Positions 20,557 through 27,368 are shown, numbered from the stretch's first letter. The stretch: 43,142 nt of DNA from Atribacterota bacterium (GCA_030666935.1 DAOUWX010000001.1:1-43142), one strand, 5' to 3'. Notes: generated by a model not told the origin, from the letters alone. Numbers and translations: made by a program.

Positions 20557-20760
20557 CTAATTCTTTATCTTTGTCTTTTTATCCTCAAATAGTTTATATT
20601 CAAAAAAACAAACTATAATTAAAAAAAGAACCCACACAAACCAAGTTTTCCACCAATTAAAAGGATTAGAAGGCGATGTCTCATGCGCAATATATAAAGT
20701 AACAAAGAAACTAATAACCGGAACAAAGATTGCTAAAATTATCTTTTGGTTTTTATTCAT
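20557..20760 (-). CDS. Small membrane protein (67 aa, 2 TM)
   Basis: AAAGGGGAGGT Shine-Dalgarno. Two hydrophobic helices. Confidence 0.55.
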   Translation of the reverse strand: MNKNQKIILAIFVPVISFFVTLYIAHETSPSNPFNWWKTWFVWVLFLIIVCFFEYKLFEDKKTKIKN

Positions 20761-20835
20761 TTTAAACCTCCCCTTTTTCCTCCTTTTGTAATACTTTAAG
20801 TCGATTTTTAGCTTCCTGCATTTTTATTTCCTCTT

Positions 20836-21036
20836 CTAATTTTTTTCTTTTAATAGATAAACCAGTACTACCGGAATATATGCCATTAATAAAAAAATAT
20901 TTAACAAGGCCAAGGCTATAAAAGCTAAATAATAAATTACCTCTATTCCGTAATCAGCACTCGTAATTAAAATAAATGAAAGCAATAATAAACCAACATT
21001 TCCTATCATTAATAACAAAAAATGTATAATATTCAT
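20836..21036 (-). CDS. Small membrane protein (66 aa, 2 TM)
   Basis: AAAGGGGGG Shine-Dalgarno. Two hydrophobic helices. Confidence 0.55.
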   Translation of the reverse strand: MNIIHFLLLMIGNVGLLLLSFILITSADYGIEVIYYLAFIALALLNIFLLMAYIPVVLVYLLKEKN

Positions 21037-21085
21037 TTTTAAGCCCCCCTTTATTATTTTATAACCAAATCATTCATTTATAGTT

Positions 21086-21415
21086 CTAAGGTAAACTGCC
21101 AATCACTTTATTATTCTTGTTCCCAACTAATATTTCTCCATTATCGTTTTTACTAACTCTCATCTCAGCAACAAGAGTGCCGTCTTTGTTGTAAATTTGA
21201 ACTACTCCGTTGTAAATTTGAACTACTCCATTGTCTTCATCATTAGTCAATAACTTAACAACCTCTTGCCCCACATCATTCACAATTGCTATACGCCTCG
21301 CCCTGATCTCCTCCTGAATAGCCACCCGGCTTTCAACATTTCCATCTACCAAGAACACATAAAACACCAATATTGCTAATACCGTATAAAGAAAAATTCT
21401 TTCAAGTGCTTTCAT
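21086..21415 (-). CDS. Membrane-anchored protein (109 aa) with beta-rich ectodomain; contains a 7-aa tandem duplication
   Basis: AAAGGGGG Shine-Dalgarno. N-terminal TM helix (MKALERIFLYTVLAILVFYVFLV). NGVVQIY is repeated twice, encoded by a perfect 21-bp tandem repeat at 21188-21229. Confidence 0.6.
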   Translation of the reverse strand: MKALERIFLYTVLAILVFYVFLVDGNVESRVAIQEEIRARRIAIVNDVGQEVVKLLTNDEDNGVVQIYNGVVQIYNKDGTLVAEMRVSKNDNGEILVGNKNNKVIGSLP

Positions 21416-21557
21416 TTTTTTTGCCCCCTTTATTAATTAAATAACTCCTTCAGAATACTCTTAAATACCTAAAATTTTTGCCCGTGGTGCGATTCTTTAT
21501 CTTTTTACTGATACCCCCCCCAACCACTTTTATTATTTCAAAATATAATACTCTATC

Positions 21558-21737
21558 TTATTTGTATCTCCTTTTTCCTTCATAAAAAAACACATATATT
21601 ACTATTATGGTCCCAACGACAACAGGACACTGTAATTCCGGATTAGCTCGTTCGATTCCCATCAATATGGCTCCGACTATACCCACACAAATTAAAGCTA
21701 AAATAAACCTTTTTAAAAACCACCAAACTATATTCAT
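21558..21737 (-). CDS. Small membrane protein (59 aa, 2 TM)
   Basis: Favoured start is MNIVWWFLKRF at 21737 after GAAGGGAG. The ORF-track start at 21788 abuts the riboswitch remnant. Confidence 0.55.
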   Translation of the reverse strand: MNIVWWFLKRFILALICVGIVGAILMGIERANPELQCPVVVGTIIVIYVFFYEGKRRYK

Positions 21738-21816
21738 TTTTAAGCTCCCTTCTATATAGACCTCTTGATATTTTTTTACGGTTTGCATTTTTTACAGGGT
21801 CTCCTACCAGAAGCAA

Positions 21817-21975
21817 TTGCCCCGTCGGTGCTTTTTTGTATAAAGCTCTCCAGAGTTCTGTCCGGTAACAGTCCTTTTGCCTGAAAGTTTGGATACTTTT
21901 GGTATCTTGCCTCTTCGGCTCTTTTTCTTTTGTGATGGAAAGAAAAGGTCTATCCTGTTGCCTTCATCCGGGTTA
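21817..21975 (-). promoter_or_regulatory. Glycine riboswitch, copy 1 (aptamer 1 plus truncated aptamer 2; decayed)
   Basis: About 90% identical to copy 2 over roughly 160 nt. Minus strand reads ..caacaGGATAGacc..gaGCCGAAGAGGCAAgatacc..aaaCTTTCAGGCAAAAGGACtgtt..aaCTCTGGAGAGc..GCACCGACGGGGCAA. The conserved GGAGAG is GGATAG here, and homology stops right after GGGGCAA. No P1 3' strand (CAGAG) and no terminator follow. Confidence 0.7.
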
Positions 21976-22216
21976 TAATATTTTATTTTAAGTTAAGTAA
22001 TCATTTAAGATTGATAGTTGGATGGTTAGTATAGTTATAAGAATGTTACTTAGTGGGTCTCTTGGGATAGAGAAAAGGTGCTACTCTTAAGATAAATCTT
22101 AGATAATATAGCTTTTTATTTTAGGATAATGATATTATAGATATTCTGCTTGGATTAAAAATAGACTTCTTCAATTTATTTTTAATAGGCTGTTTTCTTT
22201 ATACTACAGTTCTATT

Positions 22217-22399
22217 AAAAAATCCTTCTTTTTCTGTGAAAATAATTTATAAAAAACAAAAAACCCTTTAGCAAAATGCCAAAGGGCTTGGAATGTCTTG
22301 GCTCCCCCTATTGGACACGTTCAGAACTTTTAAGGGAAACATTGCAACTGAAAATATTAGATTAATAAGTTAGTTACACACAATTAGAATATCTTCAAG
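22217..22399 (-). repeat. Junction element copy R3 (full length, subtype gaacgtgtcc)
   Basis: Minus strand reads cTTGAAGatattctaattgtgtgTAACTAacttattaatctaatattttcagttgcaatgtttcccttaaaagttctgaacgtgtccaatagggggagccaagacattccaagccctttggcattttgctaaagggTTTTTTGTTTTTT...AAAAAGAAGGATTTTTT. Confidence 0.9.
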
Positions 22400-22449
22400 A
22401 TAAATTGATATACATCTTTAAATACTTTTAGGTCGTAATATAGCGCCAT

Positions 22450-22482
22450 TTTTAAAAAAATTTATAGGGGGCAAAGCCCCCT
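22450..22482 (-). terminator. Intrinsic terminator of the 829-aa lipoprotein gene
   Basis: Minus strand reads aGGGGGCtttGCCCCCt, followed by ATAAATTTTTTT. It lies 30 nt after the stop at 22513. Confidence 0.8.
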
Positions 22483-22512
22483 TAACCCTTAAATAGTTAA
22501 ATTGTTAAATGG

Positions 22513-25002
22513 TTAAAAAGCCCGAACAGCACGAACCCGGAATGTACTGAGCTTGAAGTGGGAGTTCTGAAGACCATAGTAAAAATAATTTTCCCATGCG
22601 AAGGTAGCACTGTACTCCGACGAACTCCAATAGCTGCCCTCATCGAAACCGCCAACACCGTGTTTATGTAGATTGACATACATCTGATTAAGCTCATCTT
22701 TCGAGGGCAAAAACCAGTCACTATAGCCCCCGTAAACCAGATCATCGCAAAACTGAGCTGCACGGTCTGTTTCAGAATGACTATTTAACCATGTCACAAT
22801 TTTAGTCGTATTACTCTGCCCGGTTCCAATCTCTGCTCCTGTTCCCCCAATTAAAGTTTCATAGCTGCCCCACTTTTTTAGCGCCTCAGTAGATACAGGG
22901 GCGGCTTCTAAATACCTCCAGCCAGAAGAGTAAATTCCTTTGTCGTAGAAGATGTATCCTCCCGCAGGTCCGATGTCGCGCAGGGAGTAGGTACCATTCT
23001 CTTTTACTATAACAATAAAACTCTGAGTATCAAAGAGCTCTCCATCAGATACTTTTACAGTAACTCCAAAACTTCCAGTTGCAGTGGGAGTCCAGGTAAT
23101 CAATCCGGTTGAAGAATTTATGCTCATTCCTGTAGGTTTGGTAGTTAGAGAATAAATTAGGGTATCTCCGTCAGAATCAGTAGCATTTAAATCATAGCTA
23201 TATGGTTCGTCTTTGGTTGCAGAAGTAACTGCGGTAGAAGTTATAACCGGGGGATGATTTACGTCTCCTACCGAAATAATTACTTGATCACTATCGGTTG
23301 CTTCCCCATCACTTACTTCACACTCAACGGTATAGTTACCTTCAGTAGATGGGGCTCTCCAGGTTACAGATGAACCTGAAGTACTTCCCTCAAATGTCCC
23401 TCCGTTTTTATTCCAGGTATAAGTAAGGGTATTCCCAACATCCTCGTCAGAGGCAGTACAGGTTATAGTGGTAGTCTCATTTATATTGATACTGGAGGGA
23501 TTAGCAGTAAGGCTAGAGATTACTGGGGCATGATTAACCTCTGCGCTAACTGTTACTGCTACAGTATCAGTCTTGGTAATATCATTTTCAGTATATCCCA
23601 CAGTAATAGTAGCACTACCAGGAGCAACTGCCGTAATCACGCCGGTATCGATTGTAGCAATTCCGATATTGCTTGAATCATAAGTGCAGGCATTAAGAGC
23701 TATATCAGCGGTAGACCCATTATCATAGTAAGCAGCAATCGAGTTGATAGATTGAGAATCTCCCACTCCTAAATTCATTGTTTCTGGAGAAACCTCAATA
23801 CTAGAGATTGAATCTTTCGGAAACTTCAGATTTTCTTCACCTCGCACTATCCAAGTCGTATCAGGGTAATAGGGATCAGTCCTTTCTTCATATGCATCAC
23901 CTGTGGTTAAGTCTCCTTCTCTCATTTTTTCGATTAAATCACATCCTTGGGACAAGCCAAAGCCCCCTGATGTTGTATCAGTAAATCCAAAGTAAGCTCC
24001 CGCACCTTTGTCTTTAAACACATTCCATAGGGCATCTGTTTTTGCACTTTGACAAGATATATTAAGAATGATTGTATTAGAAAAGTTACTTGATAAGTTG
24101 GAATTAAACCAGTTTGAACTTACTGCATAGACGGGCTCTGAAACTAAAACTCCGCTTTCTCCTTTTACCTTCATATTTTGCCAAATAGCCATGTGGTTCA
24201 AAAGCAACCAGGTATAATAACCAAGACTATTTAAATACCAAGGAACAACTTCACCAGTAGCAAGCCACTTACCTTTTGAGCCATGAGTATTTAATACAAC
24301 CATACCATTATAATCAGTAATATTCTGTAAAGAAGCCACATCAGCTTCTTTATTATCTAATGTGGCAATATTAAAACTTAAAGCAGAATCTTCAAATCTG
24401 TTAACATATTCTGATACAATATCATGACTCCATTCTTCGCCATCATTCGTGGTACCACTCCAGCTATTAAATTCTTCTGCAAAAGGAACCCAAATCAAAA
24501 CATTTCGACCGCCTGTATATACTATATCGTCTATATCTTTAGTATTTTGCGTACTGTGATTATCTAATTCTGATTTTATCTCTATAGTATTAGTAAAGCT
24601 TGTTTGAAAATTATCTGAAATGGGCAACATGTTTTCTGCTATTGTATTCCTTCCCAAGGTTGGCTCGGCATTGAGGTCCTGTAAAAGAATGAAGCTGATA
24701 AGTCCTGATGTATAGTTTATTTGCAGTAGATTTCCATCAATAACAGTGCTTTCTACACAAGTTTGCTCATTTAGATACTCACTTAAAATATTAAGGGTGC
24801 TCTCCATACCAATACCCGGACCTTCCACAATATCATTTAGTTTTTGCTCAGCTAAGTCATGAATAGGCAAAACTTCTTGAACAACTGCCTGATCAGTATC
24901 AGGTGATGCTTCGCCATTGGGCGTTACCCCCCCGCCACCGCAACCTGATAAAAACATAGCTAATAGGAAAAATATTATTACAAAAAAATATTTCCTTTTC
25001 AT
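22513..25002 (-). CDS. Surface lipoprotein: N-terminal globular region, one Big_2 domain, two cadherin/PKD-like Ig domains, C-terminal DUF1566 (Lcl C-terminal-like) domain
   Basis: Lipobox ..AMFLSGCGGGG. Big_2-like SIEVSPETMNLGVGDSQ...ATITVGY. Two repeats start NHAPVISS../NHPPVITS.. and carry DxDxD-type motifs (ASDEDVGNTLTY, ATDSDGDTLIY). The C-terminus reads GGYIFYD..WRYLEAAP..DWFLPSKDELNQMY..YWSSSE..VRAVRAF. AGGAGG Shine-Dalgarno upstream. Confidence 0.85.
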   Translation of the reverse strand: MKRKYFFVIIFFLLAMFLSGCGGGGVTPNGEASPDTDQAVVQEVLPIHDLAEQKLNDIVEGPGIGMESTLNILSEYLNEQTCVESTVIDGNLLQINYTSGLISFILLQDLNAEPTLGRNTIAENMLPISDNFQTSFTNTIEIKSELDNHSTQNTKDIDDIVYTGGRNVLIWVPFAEEFNSWSGTTNDGEEWSHDIVSEYVNRFEDSALSFNIATLDNKEADVASLQNITDYNGMVVLNTHGSKGKWLATGEVVPWYLNSLGYYTWLLLNHMAIWQNMKVKGESGVLVSEPVYAVSSNWFNSNLSSNFSNTIILNISCQSAKTDALWNVFKDKGAGAYFGFTDTTSGGFGLSQGCDLIEKMREGDLTTGDAYEERTDPYYPDTTWIVRGEENLKFPKDSISSIEVSPETMNLGVGDSQSINSIAAYYDNGSTADIALNACTYDSSNIGIATIDTGVITAVAPGSATITVGYTENDITKTDTVAVTVSAEVNHAPVISSLTANPSSININETTTITCTASDEDVGNTLTYTWNKNGGTFEGSTSGSSVTWRAPSTEGNYTVECEVSDGEATDSDQVIISVGDVNHPPVITSTAVTSATKDEPYSYDLNATDSDGDTLIYSLTTKPTGMSINSSTGLITWTPTATGSFGVTVKVSDGELFDTQSFIVIVKENGTYSLRDIGPAGGYIFYDKGIYSSGWRYLEAAPVSTEALKKWGSYETLIGGTGAEIGTGQSNTTKIVTWLNSHSETDRAAQFCDDLVYGGYSDWFLPSKDELNQMYVNLHKHGVGGFDEGSYWSSSEYSATFAWENYFYYGLQNSHFKLSTFRVRAVRAF

Positions 25003-25165
25003 GGCTTAAGCCTCCTTCTAATTAAATAAAAATCTTTTTTAAGATTAGCTCTCAATTATTTACAAAAATATTGACTTTTAAATTTATATCTCAATATTTG
25101 ATATAATGGAAATATTACAATTTTTTAAAGCATGGTAACAATACAAAAAGCGTGTCTATATAAAC

Positions 25166-25458
25166 AAAAAAGGACAGAATAAAAATAGTTATATTACTAT
25201 TCTTACTCTGTTCTTTTACCTGAAAGATTCTTCCTAATTGATTAGGAGAAAGTTTTTTCAGTAAATTCTGTATGGGTTTTCCTAAAGATTAGGAGTTGCC
25301 CCGTCGGTGCTTTTTAGTATAAAGCTCTCCAGAGTTCTGTCCGGTAACAGTCCTTTTGCCTGAAAGTTTGGATACTTTTGGTATCTTACCTCTTCGGCTC
25401 CTTCTCTTTTACGATGGAAAGAAAAGGTCTCTCCTGTTACCTTCATACAGGTTACAAT
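25166..25458 (-). promoter_or_regulatory. Tandem glycine riboswitch, copy 2, with terminator expression platform
   Basis: Aptamer 1 (minus strand): aacaGGAGAGacc...gaGCCGAAGAGGTAAgataccaaaagtatccaaaCTTTCAGGCAAAAGGACtgtt. Aptamer 2: aaCTCTGGAGAGc...GCACCGACGGGGCAA...CTTTCAGGTAAAAGAACAGAG. The P1 3' strand CAGAG overlaps the 5' arm of the terminator cagagtaagaatag/ctatttttattctg, which is followed by TCCTTTTTT (25166-25210). The layout matches my recollection of the B. subtilis gcvT leader. Confidence 0.85.
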
Positions 25459-25533
25459 ATTTAATTTATTAAATTTATAGAATATAAAATATTTCAGGCT
25501 ACATGTTATATTACAAATACGACATAAGGTTTT

Positions 25534-25730
25534 AAAAATCCTTCTTTTTTGGGAAAATAATTTGTAAAAGAAAAAGCCCTTCAGCAAATGCTAAAGGGCT
25601 TGAAAATGTCTGGCTCCCCCTATTGGAAAGCTTTAGAACTTTTAAGGGAAGTATTACAACTGAAAATATTAGATTAAATCAGTTAATTCTTAATTATTAG
25701 GGGTAATATTTAACAATTAGAATTTGTAAA
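25534..25730 (-). repeat. Junction element copy R4 (full length, subtype aaagcttt)
   Basis: Aligns end to end with R1-R3. The promoter-like box is TTTACAaattctaattgttaaaTATTAC. The terminator is aagccctttagcatttgctgaagggcTTTTTC. Confidence 0.9.
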
Positions 25731-25740
25731 ATATATATAA

Positions 25741-25823
25741 AAAAGCCCTTCAGCAAAATGTCGAAGGGTTGATTATTGTCTTGCTCCCCAGACAGGACGA
25801 TTTTCACAACTTTTGTATAAATG
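25741..25823 (-). repeat. Family-B fragment plus terminator (R4b): degenerate tRNA-3'-end-like ..TCGTCCTGTCTGGGGAGCA followed by the junction-type hairpin
   Basis: Minus strand reads catttatacaaaagttgtgaaaatcgtcctgtctggggagcaagacaataatcaacccttcgacattttgctgaagggcTTTTTT. Its 5' part matches 18784-18828, and its GGGGAGC-spacer-hairpin part matches R6. Confidence 0.7.
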
Positions 25824-25829
25824 ATAACC

Positions 25830-26241
25830 ATAAAATTTGCCAACATTAATATACATTTTCGACACAAAAACCTAGATCTTTTTTACAGTAGATTTTAACC
25901 AAATGTATATGCTCTTACAAGGGTTTTCTCGGTATGCAAGTTTTTCTGGTATAAAGTATTACCTCTCTTAAACTACCCCCAGATTTCCATTGTAATAAGG
26001 TCTTTTTTTCTCTAAATTCCTTGTTGAAAGGGGTACTTTTTCTACTATTATATCCTGTATATTAAAGTTTCTTAAAATATCCTCAAATCTCTAAAATTTA
26101 TACCCTAAAATCAAAAATTTTCCTTTTTATATACTATATAATTTATCCTAAATTAGAATTAACCTTGAACGTATTACAGGAATTAGTTAATTTATTTACT
26201 TCGTCATTATTTAATGGTTCTCTTTTGTATTGGTAGGGCAT
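25830..26241 (-). pseudogene. Tyrosine recombinase (phage-integrase family) remnant: N-terminal part only, multiple frameshifts and stops
   Basis: AGGAG then ATG at 26241 gives MPYQYKREPLNNDEVNKLTNSCNTFK..*. The R-x-P-L-x3-E-V-x2-L-x3-C pattern is typical of the start of the catalytic domain. Shifted frames give SRLILI and RFEDILRNFNIQDIIVEKVPLSTRNLEKK. The catalytic R-H-R-Y region is absent. Confidence 0.4.
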
Positions 26242-26330
26242 AAATTTTCTCCTAAAAAGAAGCTGCCGAAGCAATCTGGGCGAAGCATCGCAAACACGCT
26301 GTTAGCTGAAATACGACAATTTTTTCAGAA

Positions 26331-26717
26331 CTAAAAAATTGGGAACGATAATCCAATCGATACCCCTATAGGCAAACCTACCGAAATACTAAACCCATTT
26401 GCCCCTATTTTCTTGGCTAAGGAATTTAAAACAAATTTAATCTTATTAATCCATTTTTCAAGTCTACAAATAATGGATGGTAACTTAACCGCCCCTGCAT
26501 TGAGAAATGAAGTTAACCGTAACATTGCTACAAATGCAGAGTCAGGTTTATCCTCTTCAATTAATCTTTTAATTTGTTCAAGTTTCTCCTCCATGAACTG
26601 GTCAATATTTTCATTGATTACTTGAGCCATATCGATGGTCATTTCTCCTGTAAATTCCCATTCTTCTAATACTGAGTAAACCTCCAAAGCAGGTTGTTCA
26701 CTGGGTCCAACTGTCAT
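26331..26717 (-). CDS. Hypothetical protein (128 aa) with acidic helical N-part and hydrophobic Gly-rich C-terminal tail
   Basis: The ATG overlaps the stop of an upstream micro-ORF (ATGA). The C-terminus is GANGFSISVGLPIGVSIGLSFPIF. Confidence 0.55.
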   Translation of the reverse strand: MTVGPSEQPALEVYSVLEEWEFTGEMTIDMAQVINENIDQFMEEKLEQIKRLIEEDKPDSAFVAMLRLTSFLNAGAVKLPSIICRLEKWINKIKFVLNSLAKKIGANGFSISVGLPIGVSIGLSFPIF

Positions 26718-26782
26718 TGGAAAACAAAAATTAGCAAAATAGTGAGAAAAACGAGAAACAAATAATCTTTTTTCAGTTTCAT
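26714..26782 (-). CDS. Candidate 22-aa hydrophobic micro-protein/leader peptide (MKLKKDYLFLVFLTILLIFVFQ)
   Basis: Below the ORF-track cutoff. A strong GAGGAGGA Shine-Dalgarno sits 7 nt upstream of the ATG at 26782. Its stop overlaps the next start (ATGA). Confidence 0.4.
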   Translation of the reverse strand: MKLKKDYLFLVFLTILLIFVFQ

Positions 26783-27228
26783 AATAATCCTCCTCGTATA
26801 ATATATTTATAATAATTAAATATTCAATATATAGAAGGGATGTCTTTATCTTAAAATTTCCTTTTGAAAATTAATCCTAAGACAGCTCTTGACATATTAC
26901 CGCATCACTTTTATTTTAATTCAGTTCATTTAAATAAATAAGTATTTCAGCTAACTTGTTTATATCTGAACATGTTCGAAATATTCTTACTTTTTTTAGT
27001 TTAGTTTTTATATAAAGAGTTGTCAATAATTATTAAAAAGACGTCAAAATGGCGTAGCTTAGTAATTTAAAATATAAGTAAAATAAGGATTTTAATTTAA
27101 GGAAAAGTATTAAATGTCGCCCTTTTATACAGAAGGCGACAAAAAATAATTATAGACCGACTAAAATAATCTAAGAGTTATAAAATAAATTTTAATAGCA
27201 TTTATATTATACTTACAATATGAAGTAA

Positions 27229-27263
27229 GAGGGAGGATGTCTTAGACACCCCCCCCTTTTTTT
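27229..27263 (+). terminator. Orphan plus-strand intrinsic terminator
   Basis: gaGGGAGGATGTCttaGACACCCCCCCC followed by TTTTTTT. This is an 11-position stem with two A.C mismatches and a 3-nt loop. No plus-strand ORF lies upstream, and it sits inside the 3' UTR region of the minus-strand 218-aa gene. Confidence 0.5.
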
Positions 27264-27368
27264 GAACTTACTTAAGGCAATCTTATGTAGTAAATAGAGA
27301 TCCTCGATAAGTTGCACGGCTGGTTTCTTTAATCATCTTTTTTAATTCGTCAATTGGCATTAATTGAG

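Noticed and set aside
22300-22345. GTTGCAATGTTTCCCTTAAAAGTTCTGAAC (minus strand) inside the junction element resembles a 30-nt CRISPR repeat, or a tracrRNA/omega-RNA scaffold with a terminator
   Set aside because: There is no array; copies are 2-4 kb apart and embedded in a longer conserved unit. There are no spacers, and no cas, tnpB, iscB or IS110-like gene anywhere in the window.
25282-25587. 101-aa minus-strand ORF
   Set aside because: It spans the glycine riboswitch aptamers and part of junction copy R4. The sequence is explained by conserved RNA elements that are duplicated at 21.8 kb without preserving the frame.
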